The translations under genes and the position numbers were made by a program. Positions 17,709 through 27,392 of a DNA stretch of 56,498 bases are shown here, one piece after another; positions within the stretch are counted from its first letter, which is position 1; each line of letters opens with the position of its first letter. The stretch is from positions 1-56,498 of the forward strand of contig JBOFUV010000043.1 in NCBI GenBank assembly GCA_051652765.1, written 5' to 3'. The notes beneath the pieces are model-generated. The model made no database searches, was not told the origin of the DNA, and saw only the letters and a program-made list of their open reading frames with translations. This DNA comes from Microcoleaceae cyanobacterium (lineage in GTDB: Bacteria > Cyanobacteriota > Cyanobacteriia > Cyanobacteriales > Microcoleaceae).

Positions 17709-19994
17709 TCACTTGGGTAAATTACCCTTTGACGTTAAGGCATTCTTTGGAAGCTTGGGCGGACACCAGAAGAGGTTCCTGGTGGACACCCCGAGGGACG
17801 TAAGAATATCTCGCATCACCTCTGTACAGTACATCCAGTGTGCCAAATCCTCGTACATATAATCAGGATTAAAGTCTAGATTGTAGTGCAGTATATTGGG
17901 CAAGTTGGAGAACTCGTCAGAGGACTGGGGGGAAAGGAGTAAGAAGTGAAAGGGTTTTCCTTGGCATTGCCAGGTCAGTTTGTTGACCAGATCAATCACC
18001 CCGCCTCGGTCGGCTATGCCTGTGCGGACAAACAGTAGCTTGTCAGAGTTCTGAAGGGTGTACCAAAACCGCTCCGATCTTGCGGTATAACGAACCCGCA
18101 TTCGTTCATGGACAGGAGACATGTCATTGAGGGGGTCGTCAGTCTCTTCAACTTCGTGGGCAAAGGACAGACCTGTCCATTTGTTGTGGTAAAGTCTCCC
18201 AGCATCAGGACTGTAGTGCAAGAAGTCGGGGTTCCACATGTCATAGAAACGGCTTTCGATCATGTCCGCAACATCGCTAATCCGAGTCGTGCGTGTCAGA
18301 TCAAACGGGAAGGCGGGGCCATCATATTCCATCTTGTACAGCATCATTCGGACAGCACAGCGATCGCCGAGGGGAACAATGGCGACTCGGCTAATGTCTG
18401 ACAGTTGGCACTGGTATTGGAACAGGATCACAGACCGGGGAGCGATCTTAACCCGACTTTCCAGACCATCTTTGCCAATCATTAGGGTGCGAAAGGGAGC
18501 ATCAGGATAGAGCGGATCTTCATAGATACCTGCTGGCATGGCTTTTAAAGCACTCCGTACCTCCTGCCACATGGGATGAATATTAAACTCGTGATGGGAT
18601 TCGTTGATGATCCAGAGGTGACACTCATCCTCTTGCAAAATTCCCAGATGCCCATCATAAAACAACAGATGTGAGTTGTGAGGTGAAAAGAAATTGAAGG
18701 CAGCGCCGTATTCCAGATTGGCATCAGGGGGAATATTCAGAGTGGTTTCGATCCTGCCGTCCTCCTGCACTGCAAAAAAGGGGAGCGCCCTAGTCTGGGT
18801 ATTCTGGGCGATATAAAGACCCGGTACTAATCCGGCATGGTGTTGCAGTGCTATTTGCAGCTCTTGCCAGTAGGGAGCAATTGTGTAGCTGTAGGAAGAT
18901 AGATTGAGGATTCGCAACCGTTGCTCTTCGAGACAGGCAGAGATCTGGAAACCCGTATTACTGTGATAAACAGGGACTTCATGCTGCTGTTGGAAGCGTT
19001 GGGTTTCAGCGGTCAGGTCGGCTTTGCTGATTTGAAAGAGATAGGGGTCGATCGCCTGATACATCAGACGATGACCAATCGTGTTAGGGTGAGCGGGGTC
19101 AAAGGACATGCCCTCTTTCCAGTGTCCCTGGCCATCATCAACGGCTGCTAGCCAATCCAGTACGGTGACACCCCAATTCAGCATCCGGTTGTGGGTGTCT
19201 TGCAGCAACCAGTAGTGTTCAGGGTAATAGTGATCGTGAGGATAGACTCCCCCGAGGATGGGTCGGGCTCCCAAGGCTCGGGTCATTTTTATCAGTTGCT
19301 GTAAACCACTTTCAAAGCGTCGCTGCACAGCCCGTCGTTCATGGGGGGGGCAGTAGGCCAATCCCTCGTTGCCCAGAGACAGGGCAATAATCACAACATC
19401 CGGTTGTTCTGGCGTGACCACTGACGGAAACCGGGCAATCGTGGTGCTAACATTGGCACCGACTTCCGACAGATTCACCAGTTGATGACCATAATATTGT
19501 CGCAAGGCTTTTCCCAACAGCGAAGTCCAACCGTTCAGCAGCCAAGCCTTATGACCTACCGCTATGGAACTCCCCATAACCACAATTTTTAGCCCTTCAG
19601 GTTCTTTGTCTAGGGGCAGCCCAGCAACAGCATCCTGGATATATCCAAATGGATAAGGTTGTAAATAGCCAAACACTCCGTCCTCCACAACCAAGGTGTA
19701 GGAGTGATGATCGGGATTGATAGGTACCCAGCGGTTTGAACCCAGAGATTCCCATTCTACGCGGCGGTTTGAACTGAGGCGAATATATTTATACTCAACT
19801 CTTTGACGCTCGGCTGACTTCGAAGACGGCTGAATGTCAATGTCTACATCTGTCCACCACAAAGGATACTGATTGGCACTGGTACGAAGGTGGACACACC
19901 TTGTCTCATCCCACAACCCTAGCTCAGGAGTGGAACCAATGAGACCGATGGATTCGCCCACTTGTGTATCTGCGTTGATCTGGAATCGGTACAT
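17709..19994 (-). CDS. CBM20-like + SGNH/GDSL hydrolase + duplicated unit + DUF1796-like multidomain protein
   Basis: GSTPELGLWD...YPLW...EYKY...WE...NR (CBM20); GSS / G / GNE / DPAHP (SGNH blocks); PLGDRC...FPFD...FAHE...LLFVR (DUF1796-like). Confidence 0.78.
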   Translation of the reverse strand: MYRFQINADTQVGESIGLIGSTPELGLWDETRCVHLRTSANQYPLWWTDVDIDIQPSSKSAERQRVEYKYIRLSSNRRVEWESLGSNRWVPINPDHHSYTLVVEDGVFGYLQPYPFGYIQDAVAGLPLDKEPEGLKIVVMGSSIAVGHKAWLLNGWTSLLGKALRQYYGHQLVNLSEVGANVSTTIARFPSVVTPEQPDVVIIALSLGNEGLAYCPPHERRAVQRRFESGLQQLIKMTRALGARPILGGVYPHDHYYPEHYWLLQDTHNRMLNWGVTVLDWLAAVDDGQGHWKEGMSFDPAHPNTIGHRLMYQAIDPYLFQISKADLTAETQRFQQQHEVPVYHSNTGFQISACLEEQRLRILNLSSYSYTIAPYWQELQIALQHHAGLVPGLYIAQNTQTRALPFFAVQEDGRIETTLNIPPDANLEYGAAFNFFSPHNSHLLFYDGHLGILQEDECHLWIINESHHEFNIHPMWQEVRSALKAMPAGIYEDPLYPDAPFRTLMIGKDGLESRVKIAPRSVILFQYQCQLSDISRVAIVPLGDRCAVRMMLYKMEYDGPAFPFDLTRTTRISDVADMIESRFYDMWNPDFLHYSPDAGRLYHNKWTGLSFAHEVEETDDPLNDMSPVHERMRVRYTARSERFWYTLQNSDKLLFVRTGIADRGGVIDLVNKLTWQCQGKPFHFLLLSPQSSDEFSNLPNILHYNLDFNPDYMYEDLAHWMYCTEVMRDILTSLGVSTRNLFWCPPKLPKNALTSKGNLPK

Positions 19995-20143
19995 AGAACT
20001 CTTCCCAGTTAGAAAGACGGCAGCAGATAAGAGTTTAAATCCCTAGATCTAATCTGAAGGTATCATGCAGAACTCGTTAAAATTGGTATTGGAAATAACC
20101 TTGAGTCAAAGACTTGTGGGGGAATCCGGGCCGTCAACTTGTT

Positions 20144-20179
20144 CTCATGGTTCACTGACTCACGGTTCACTGACTCACG
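20144..20179. repeat. 15-bp tandem repeat x2.4
   Basis: CTCA(T/C)GGTTCACTGA. Confidence 0.8.
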
Positions 20180-20344
20180 ATGACAGTCATCATGCTCCAA
20201 TCAATCGAGTCAAGCGGGTTCATCTGCAAAAATCATGAACTTTTTTAACACACCTGCTCAATTTTGTAACTTCATTCCCCCTGTCTGCATAAAATATGAC
20301 CTTAAGGTGATTTACAAACTTTTTACAAAAAGGAGCAACTAAGG

Positions 20345-20845
20345 ATGTCTGAGGCTTTAGATACCGGAGTGGTTCAGCCTTACAAAGGTGATCCCTTTGT
20401 TGGCCATCTCTCAACCCCTATTAGTGATTCTGAATTCACTCGAGCCTTTATTGGAAATTTACCTGCCTACCGCAAAGGGCTCTCTCCATTGCTCAGAGGG
20501 TTAGAAGTTGGGATGGCCCATGGTTATTTCGTAATTGGCCCTTGGACAAAACTAGGCCCATTACGGGACAGTGAGAATGCTGCAATTGGAGGGCTGATCT
20601 CCGCGATCGCCCTGATTATGATTGCGACAATTTGTCTATCTGCCTATGGGTTAGTGTCTTTCCAAAAAGATGATCCATTTGGCAAGGAAGCACCAGGCCC
20701 TGATCCATTAAAAACGGCTGAGGGTTGGAGTCAATTTTCCGGTGGTTTCTTTATCGGAGCCATGGGTGGGGCTGTTGTGGCCTATTTCCTGCTGGAAAAT
20801 TTTGATGTTATAGACTCTATTTTCCGGGGATTCGTCAACAATTAA
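20345..20845 (+). CDS. psaL: Photosystem I subunit XI
   Basis: [13 protein letters not shown]...[34 protein letters not shown]. Confidence 0.97.
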   Translation: MSEALDTGVVQPYKGDPFVGHLSTPISDSEFTRAFIGNLPAYRKGLSPLLRGLEVGMAHGYFVIGPWTKLGPLRDSENAAIGGLISAIALIMIATICLSAYGLVSFQKDDPFGKEAPGPDPLKTAEGWSQFSGGFFIGAMGGAVVAYFLLENFDVIDSIFRGFVNN

Positions 20846-20973
20846 CCAACCTGAAGTGATCGAGATTTTCTGGATCACTGACATGAATATCAGTTTACAT
20901 TCAGTTTGAACATTCAGTTTGAGGGTGTAACCTAAAACCCAGTTTGTAATTTTACTCAAAGGAGCATTTGAAG

Positions 20974-21090
20974 ATGACAGGTTCATACGCCGCTTCATTC
21001 TTACCCTGGATTCTGATTCCAGTGGTTTGCTGGCTCATGCCGATTGTCGTCATGGGTTTGTTGTTTATCTATATCGAAAGCGAAGCCTAG
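20974..21090 (+). CDS. psaI: Photosystem I subunit VIII (38 aa, missing from the ORF track)
   Basis: Manual translation [47 protein letters not shown]; adjacent to psaL. Confidence 0.95.
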   Translation: MTGSYAASFLPWILIPVVCWLMPIVVMGLLFIYIESEA

Positions 21091-21126
21091 TTGTATTGAG
21101 AGAGGGTAACCTCACCTTTGCAAACC

Positions 21127-21160
21127 AAAGTCCTCTACCAGTCTGGTGGAGGATTTTTAT
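21127..21160 (+). terminator. Intrinsic terminator after psaI
   Basis: TCCTCTACCA-GTC-TGGTGGAGGA followed by TTTTTAT. Confidence 0.75.
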
Positions 21161-21252
21161 TGCCTGATTTTTATAGTCTGATTTTTACTTTCTATCCTGA
21201 ACGAACCCCTCCTAATCTGTAGTCAGTTGTAACAGCATTCAGGAGCAAATTT

Positions 21253-21522
21253 ATGGCAGACCAGGAACCAATTACAATTGATGGTTTCAGAATTTCTGGC
21301 CCAGTTCAAGGAAAGAAAATTGAGATTCAACTTGACGTGAAGTCGGCCTCTCAAAAAGACTCAAAGCCCTCTTCAAATTCATCCGAGGGTGAGAATATTG
21401 GATACTTGTTTCTCTTGCTGCTGGGGCTCATCCTCTTTATTGGGATTGGAGCTAGAAATGGAACTCTTACGAATGAAGCATTCCAAGTTCCTGAAGCTCC
21501 AGCTCAGCCTGCTGTTCCCTAA
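21253..21522 (+). CDS. Small hypothetical single-TM protein
   Basis: AGGAG RBS and ATG; hydrophobic IGYLFLLLLGLILFIGIG. Confidence 0.65.
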   Translation: MADQEPITIDGFRISGPVQGKKIEIQLDVKSASQKDSKPSSNSSEGENIGYLFLLLLGLILFIGIGARNGTLTNEAFQVPEAPAQPAVP

Positions 21523-21555
21523 TTCCTTACCCTAACTCCTTACCCTAACTCCTTA
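21517..21555. repeat. 13-bp tandem repeat x3 spanning two convergent stop codons
   Basis: CCCTAA(T/C)TCCTTA x3. Confidence 0.85.
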
Positions 21556-22542
21556 AATACTGGGGGCTAGCCAGCCTCGGACAAAGTAGTAGAACGTAAT
21601 CAAATATTCCTCAAAGACTCTGGTAGTTAACAACAAGGCTTCAGCGCTGGGGGCAAAATCAGCTCCGCTAACCCGATGCTTCTGCTTATCTTGACGAACA
21701 AAGGTATTGAAATTGGTCGGTGCCGGAATCACTTTGAATCCTGCATCTGCAAAGGCCAAACTAGCTCGTCGGATTTCCAAGGCAGAAGTCACCAAAACAA
21801 CAGTTCGCCCCAGATTCTGTTCCTTCATAATTTTTTTCACTTGGCGCACACTCTCGCTCACACTACTGCCATGGGGTTCAACAACAATGTCTCCGGAGGA
21901 AACCCCCATATAAACGAGCAGCCGCTTAACATCTTCTGCCTCATTGGTGGGCTGGAAGAGTTCTTTGCGAGGGCCAGCACTCACGATCACATTGGGGGCA
22001 AATCGATCCCGATAAAGCTGAGCGGTGTAGGGAATGCGATCGCCGGATCGGGTTAATTGAATTTGGCTACGGTAGGGGAGCTTGGGTTCCGTTGTGCCTC
22101 TGCCCAACAGCACAATTGCCCCAGCCTTTTCGCCGCAACATAGGTCAGGTTGAATCGCAGTTAAGGCGGTCTGTTCTAGTTGAAAGGCAAGCCACTGAGC
22201 AACAAAAGGAGTACTAGAGAGGATCAAAATCAGCAGAGATGTCAAAATCAGGTTAGGCGCAGGATTCCTAATCCCATCTTTAGTGATTTGGGTACAAGCA
22301 ATAATCAGCAGCAGAATCGACAATCCCAAGGGCTTAATAAAAACTGCCAGGATCTCCAGAACAACCTGTCCAATTGGGCTATCGGGGGCAGTAAAAGCCA
22401 CCATCAAAAGAAATAGCCCCAAGATAAACCAGAGGCGGCTGACCAAGTTGCTATCCTTACCTCCAACCAGCAACTTCCAGAGCCTGAATATGATTGTGCC
22501 AATGAGAAGCAGAAGGAGAAGCCGAGTCAGTTGTACAAACAT
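21553..22542 (-). CDS. YdcF/DUF218 family membrane protein
   Basis: N-terminal TMs; AIVLLG, DRI, EAED, LVTSALEIRRA...PAPT. Confidence 0.8.
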   Translation of the reverse strand: MFVQLTRLLLLLLIGTIIFRLWKLLVGGKDSNLVSRLWFILGLFLLMVAFTAPDSPIGQVVLEILAVFIKPLGLSILLLIIACTQITKDGIRNPAPNLILTSLLILILSSTPFVAQWLAFQLEQTALTAIQPDLCCGEKAGAIVLLGRGTTEPKLPYRSQIQLTRSGDRIPYTAQLYRDRFAPNVIVSAGPRKELFQPTNEAEDVKRLLVYMGVSSGDIVVEPHGSSVSESVRQVKKIMKEQNLGRTVVLVTSALEIRRASLAFADAGFKVIPAPTNFNTFVRQDKQKHRVSGADFAPSAEALLLTTRVFEEYLITFYYFVRGWLAPSI

Positions 22543-22777
22543 AGTCCTTGCTTGTTGAGTGAATGGCGAATTTAGAGGGGCTAAGCTAGAGCTAATCCTA
22601 AGACAAGTACGATTAGAGTTCTAACCGTCAAGGATATCAATAATTTGCCAGGTTAAAGCACTAAAATATCTAGAATCCCAGTCTTTTGCTAGGATTATAT
22701 GACTAAAGTTATAAGGCTAAAGTTTACATAAACTGATTCCTGTTGACAACTGGTTCAGAACCCCCCAGCAAAAGTGA

Positions 22778-24268
22778 TTACATTCGTTCCAGCTTTTGGT
22801 CAATCGCATCCACAACAGTTTCCACAATCTTCACTCGAGCGTAGTATTTGTCATTTGCGGCAACTAGGCTCCAGGGAGCGATCGGCGTATGGGTGTATTG
22901 AATCATCTGATTCAACGCAACGGTGTACAGGGGCCATTGTTCGCGATTGCGCCAGTCTTCATCCGTCAGTTTATATTGCTTGTAGGGATCATTTTTTCGG
23001 TCTTGGAACCGTTGGAGTTGGGTTTCTGGATCAATCTGCAACCAGAACTTGACTAGAACATAGTCGGCGCTAATCAGTTGTTCCTCAAACTCATTGATCT
23101 CCTGATAAGCCCTGCCCCATTCTGCATCCGTCGCGAATCCCTCTACCCGTTCTACTAAAACCCGCCCGTACCAAGTCCGATCAAAAATGGCAATTTTTCC
23201 AGCCGCAGGGAGGTTGCGCCAAAATCGCCAGAGGTAATGATGAGATTTTTCTTCCTGGGTTGGGGCCGAAAATGTATGCACTTCATAGCTGCGGGGATCA
23301 AGGATGTCTGTTAATCGTTTGATTGCGCCTCCTTTTCCAGCAGCATCCCAGCCTTCAAACAAAATCAATACCGGAATTTGCTTTTCATAAATCTTCCGTT
23401 GCAGTTGGCCAAGACGAGCTTGTTCAGATTGTAAATATCGTTTGTATTCCTGGAGAGACAGGGATTGGCTTAAATCGACCTGATCTAGGAAATTGGGTTC
23501 TGGTGTTAAACTTAGCTGATTCTGAACAGGGAGTGTCAGGACAGGAGTTTGGATCTTAACGCTTGCTAGCGTTGCTTTAATCTGGGCAACCAGGGTAGAA
23601 AGGACTTTGATTTTGGCAAATCGGCGGCAGTCTGCTTCTACCAAAGTCCAGGGAGCAGATCCAGGACTTGTGTAGAGAATCATTTCGTCCGCAAAGGTAC
23701 GATACGTTTCATAACTTTTTGCCTGTTGCCAGTCCTCAGGCCGAATTCTCCAAGCGTCCAACTGATCATCTGCCGCTTTTTTCAAGCGGCGCTTTAACTC
23801 TTTTTTACTCAGATGGAGCCAAAACTTGGCAATAATAGCGCCGTCATCCACCATTTGTCGTTCAAAGGCATGTATTTGGCCCATCGCCGTCGGGACTTCA
23901 GACTCCTGCAAGCGTTCAAACAGGCGATCCTCTAGGACATAGGTATACCAACTGTGATAAAAAATGCTGATTTGGCCTCTGGCTGGAAGTTTTTGCCAGA
24001 AGCGCCAGAGAAAAGGATAGTGGCGTTCAGTCTCACTAGCGGGCCAAATCGGATGCACGAGGAATCCACGAGGGTCCATGTAACCTACCATTTTCTTCAC
24101 CAACGCCCCTTTCCCGGCAGCAGCCCATCCTTCTAACACAATAATCACCGGGATTTGCTGTTGCCAGCACATGTGTTGTAGCGATCGCATCTGCCGCATC
24201 AACGCTCCAACTTGACTTTTGTAGGTGTCTTTGTCAAGGGTCAGGGAAAGGTCTAGGTGATCTAACAT
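22778..24268 (-). CDS. ppk2: Two-domain polyphosphate kinase 2 (polyphosphate:AMP phosphotransferase)
   Basis: Duplicated PPK2 domains, EGWAAAGKG and EGWDAAGKGG; FDRTWYGRVLVERV. Confidence 0.92.
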   Translation of the reverse strand: MLDHLDLSLTLDKDTYKSQVGALMRQMRSLQHMCWQQQIPVIIVLEGWAAAGKGALVKKMVGYMDPRGFLVHPIWPASETERHYPFLWRFWQKLPARGQISIFYHSWYTYVLEDRLFERLQESEVPTAMGQIHAFERQMVDDGAIIAKFWLHLSKKELKRRLKKAADDQLDAWRIRPEDWQQAKSYETYRTFADEMILYTSPGSAPWTLVEADCRRFAKIKVLSTLVAQIKATLASVKIQTPVLTLPVQNQLSLTPEPNFLDQVDLSQSLSLQEYKRYLQSEQARLGQLQRKIYEKQIPVLILFEGWDAAGKGGAIKRLTDILDPRSYEVHTFSAPTQEEKSHHYLWRFWRNLPAAGKIAIFDRTWYGRVLVERVEGFATDAEWGRAYQEINEFEEQLISADYVLVKFWLQIDPETQLQRFQDRKNDPYKQYKLTDEDWRNREQWPLYTVALNQMIQYTHTPIAPWSLVAANDKYYARVKIVETVVDAIDQKLERM

Positions 24269-24350
24269 CTCAAGCTGAGGGTAGAGGATACTAAGGTTAA
24301 TCCTCTACTTTAGCAACTCTTTGCCAGGTTTTGCGCTCAAGAGAGTTGAA

Positions 24351-25829
24351 CTAGTACCCTAAACCCTGGGCGATCGCCCCTGGAACCGGCAAAAGGATGA
24401 CCAATAATAAAACCAGAGTCAAGAGCCCGATAAAGTCCCGCAGATTATCAAGTTCTGTAATGTCATTCAGGGCAGGTTCATCATTCAACGGCAAGAAAAA
24501 CAGCAAGAGCGCCAGTAGCCAAAACTCCGAACGAACCATCGCTAAAACCAACACACATAGACGGGCAACCTGACTCACGACTATTCCCGCCCGCTGCCCA
24601 AGCATCGCATGAACCATATGACCGCCGTCAAGTTGTCCAACCGGCAAAAGGTTAAAGGCCGTAACAATCAGTCCTAAATAGCCAGCAATGGCTACAGGAT
24701 GGAGATCAATCGCTCGATCTGCGGTCAAAGCTGCTCCCAAGGCGAGCTTACTGATGACAGTGAGCAGGAGTGAAAAACTGGGGTCGAGGGCATTAAAGTT
24801 GAGGATGCCAACCTCTTCAGGGTTGATGTCAACAACCTGGGAATGGGCTAATCCCCAAGCCAGCAGCGGTAAAGTGACAACCAAACCAGCCCAGGGCCCA
24901 GCAATGCTGACATCAAACATAGATTTGCGATGGGGGAAAGGGGATTGCATTTGGATGAATGCCCCAAGCGTTCCCAAAAAGAAGGGAATTGGAATGAAAT
25001 AGGGTAAGGTCGTTCGCATGTGATAAACCTGTGCTACCCCATAGTGGGCGAGTTCATGGGTTCCCAAAATTGCCATCAGGGCCACTCCATAAGGGAGACC
25101 TTGTAACAATGCAGTGGGGTCAGACTGCCAGACCTCTGGAGCAACATTAGCCATCTCTAGCCCAATAATTGTTGTAGTGAACAGAGTGATGAACAGTAGC
25201 GCAACGGCCAATAGAGGACGGTTGAGGGGGTCGGATTGAAGTTGAGTCTGTTCTCGATAGGGATTTGGGATCAGAGCAAAAAATGGTTTGTTGTGAGAAT
25301 CGGCCTGAAACATCACCAGGAAGCGATCGCCAAAGCGTTCTTCAATCCGATGGCGAATCGTTTGATAAGCGACTTCAGGTTGGGAACGCAATTGACCTCG
25401 ACAAATCACTGCTTGAGAGCGGAACTCTAATTTTTGCAGCGGAAAAACTGACCACGGAAAGCAGTTCCGCAGGGTATCTTCTTCCGTTGGCGAGATTAAG
25501 CTCTGAGCCGCAGGCTTTTCCTTGAGTTCAGGAGTGGGCAATGGCTCAGGATGGCCTAGGTCTACTAAGTCACTTTTTCTTGGCGGTTGCCGTCCACGCT
25601 GCACGAGAAACCAGTACAGCAAAGAACAAACAACCATCGCGCTCAAGATCAACTCAACGGGAACTGGTTTCTGGGAACCGTAGAGCAGCATCCAAATGAG
25701 CCAGATCGCCATTGGCGTGATCAACACCAACCACAGCAACCAAATGGGGGTTTGCGTCACTCGAGCTACACTAGAGCGCAGAATGACGTACATCATCACA
25801 ATCAATAAAAGTAACCAAACCACAATCAT
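24351..25829 (-). CDS. Site-2 protease (M50 family, EGY-like)
   Basis: HELAH, IAGP, NLLPVGQLDGG. Confidence 0.9.
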   Translation of the reverse strand: MIVVWLLLLIVMMYVILRSSVARVTQTPIWLLWLVLITPMAIWLIWMLLYGSQKPVPVELILSAMVVCSLLYWFLVQRGRQPPRKSDLVDLGHPEPLPTPELKEKPAAQSLISPTEEDTLRNCFPWSVFPLQKLEFRSQAVICRGQLRSQPEVAYQTIRHRIEERFGDRFLVMFQADSHNKPFFALIPNPYREQTQLQSDPLNRPLLAVALLFITLFTTTIIGLEMANVAPEVWQSDPTALLQGLPYGVALMAILGTHELAHYGVAQVYHMRTTLPYFIPIPFFLGTLGAFIQMQSPFPHRKSMFDVSIAGPWAGLVVTLPLLAWGLAHSQVVDINPEEVGILNFNALDPSFSLLLTVISKLALGAALTADRAIDLHPVAIAGYLGLIVTAFNLLPVGQLDGGHMVHAMLGQRAGIVVSQVARLCVLVLAMVRSEFWLLALLLFFLPLNDEPALNDITELDNLRDFIGLLTLVLLLVILLPVPGAIAQGLGY

Positions 25830-25924
25830 TTTGAGTTTTTGTTTTGAGTTTTCGTCCCCACGATGAGGATGCTTGACCCGGCATCCAGACCCATATCCAA
25901 CCTTAAGGATCGAAGTAAACTGTC

Positions 25925-26611
25925 ATGACCCAATCAACTTCTGTTTTCAAACCTCCCCACGCTGTTCTGGAGAATATCTATGCTTTCCCGCCTAATCGAG
26001 GGACGTTAGGTGCGACTGCTTACTTTATTGTAGAGAACCAAGCCAACATCTTAGTGGACTCGCCCCCTTGGGATGAAACAAATCAGGAATGTTTGACGGA
26101 GTTTCTGGCAGATCAAGGGGGTGTCGAGTGGTTGTTCATTACTCATCGCGGTAGCCTAGGCAAAGCCCATGCAATTCAGCAAGCAACAACCTGCAAAATT
26201 CTGATCCAAGAACAGGAAGCCTATCTTTTACCGGAGGCAACGGTTACAACATTTCATCATGAATTTACCCTCACCCCTTACAGTTGTGCCCTTTGGACTC
26301 CGGGCCATTCTCCTGGATCATCTTGTCTTTACTCTACCCTTAATGGGGGTATCTTGTTTTCTGGTCGTCATCTGTTGCCCAACCTGCAGGGGCAACCTGT
26401 CCCCCTCCGAATAGCCAAGACGTTTCATTGGGGTAGACAGATTCAAAGTGTGCAACGGTTGGTTGACCAATTTACGTCAGAGACTTTGCACTACATTTGT
26501 CCAGGAGCAAATACTGGAGCATTGCGTGGGAAGTATATTATTGAGCAGGCTTACTCTAAATTGGCTGAATTGGATTTACAAGCCTTACAAACTCTGAAAC
26601 CTGGACTATGA
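25925..26611 (+). CDS. Metallo-beta-lactamase fold protein with a degenerate metal motif
   Basis: ILVDSP, LFITHR, TPGHSPGS, LFSG. Confidence 0.8.
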   Translation: MTQSTSVFKPPHAVLENIYAFPPNRGTLGATAYFIVENQANILVDSPPWDETNQECLTEFLADQGGVEWLFITHRGSLGKAHAIQQATTCKILIQEQEAYLLPEATVTTFHHEFTLTPYSCALWTPGHSPGSSCLYSTLNGGILFSGRHLLPNLQGQPVPLRIAKTFHWGRQIQSVQRLVDQFTSETLHYICPGANTGALRGKYIIEQAYSKLAELDLQALQTLKPGL

Positions 26612-26871
26612 AGGGCTGAGAAATTAACATTCTGATCCTTCACGTTATCAAGGTTGTGAAATAAAAGTTTATAAACTTTGGATGGATGTCTGTTTCGGTT
26701 CTCCGGGGTCAAGAACTGGCCAAGATTGGGGGAAAAGCTCTCTTAACTTGTTTTTTCTAACTGTTCAGGAGTGTTTAGAGGTCAAGCTTACTCAAATATC
26801 AGCCAAGTAAACCCATGGAGTTCAGTGCAGAATGTTAACTGTAAATCGCTTCGAATAAAGTCAGGATATCA

Positions 26872-27330
26872 ATGACAACTGTTTACTCTACTGCCCCAGA
26901 TTTATCGCCCGAAGATTACATTGTAGTTGGCTTGGCCACTTGCTTTGTGAAAGAGGACGGTGAAGTTCGTCAAGTCAAGGTCGTTGAACCGATTCCCTCC
27001 GCAGCTCTGGAAGCCCTGCTCAAGGGAGTCCCCACCTCCTATGAACTCGCCCAAGCCACCACCCTTGGGACGGTATTGACCGCAACTGAGATTCAAATTC
27101 CCCTGGACTTTCCTCCAGAAGCTCAGATCGGGGAAGAGTTCTCGGAACGGGCCTTTGCAACAGCCCGAACCTACAAGCGCCATCCCCAGTCGCAATCCCA
27201 TATTTCCCTGGGCACGACCTATCGGGAATTCAATTACTCGACAGAACGCAAGCGAGTCCTGAACTCAGAGAACGTGGTTCGTTCTGAGGATAATGTCAAG
27301 CAACATGCCTATACTCACCAAGTTCTGTAG
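26872..27330 (+). CDS. Conserved cyanobacterial hypothetical protein
   Basis: DYIVVGLATCF...EPIPSA...DNVKQHAYTHQVL; AGGA RBS. Confidence 0.75.
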   Translation: MTTVYSTAPDLSPEDYIVVGLATCFVKEDGEVRQVKVVEPIPSAALEALLKGVPTSYELAQATTLGTVLTATEIQIPLDFPPEAQIGEEFSERAFATARTYKRHPQSQSHISLGTTYREFNYSTERKRVLNSENVVRSEDNVKQHAYTHQVL

Positions 27331-27340
27331 GACAGGTCGG

Positions 27341-27365
27341 TTAAGGTGGGCACTGCCCACCCTAC
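27341..27365. repeat. REP-like palindrome (family A)
   Basis: AAGGTGGGCA-C-TGCCCACCCTAC between convergent genes. Confidence 0.7.
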
Positions 27366-27392
27366 CCGTCGTTTGTTCTGTGTAATATTGTA

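Noticed and set aside
20311..20329. TTTACAAA direct repeat before psaL as an RpaB HLR1 site
   Set aside because: The spacer is 3 nt rather than the canonical 2 nt and it abuts the RBS; not supportable
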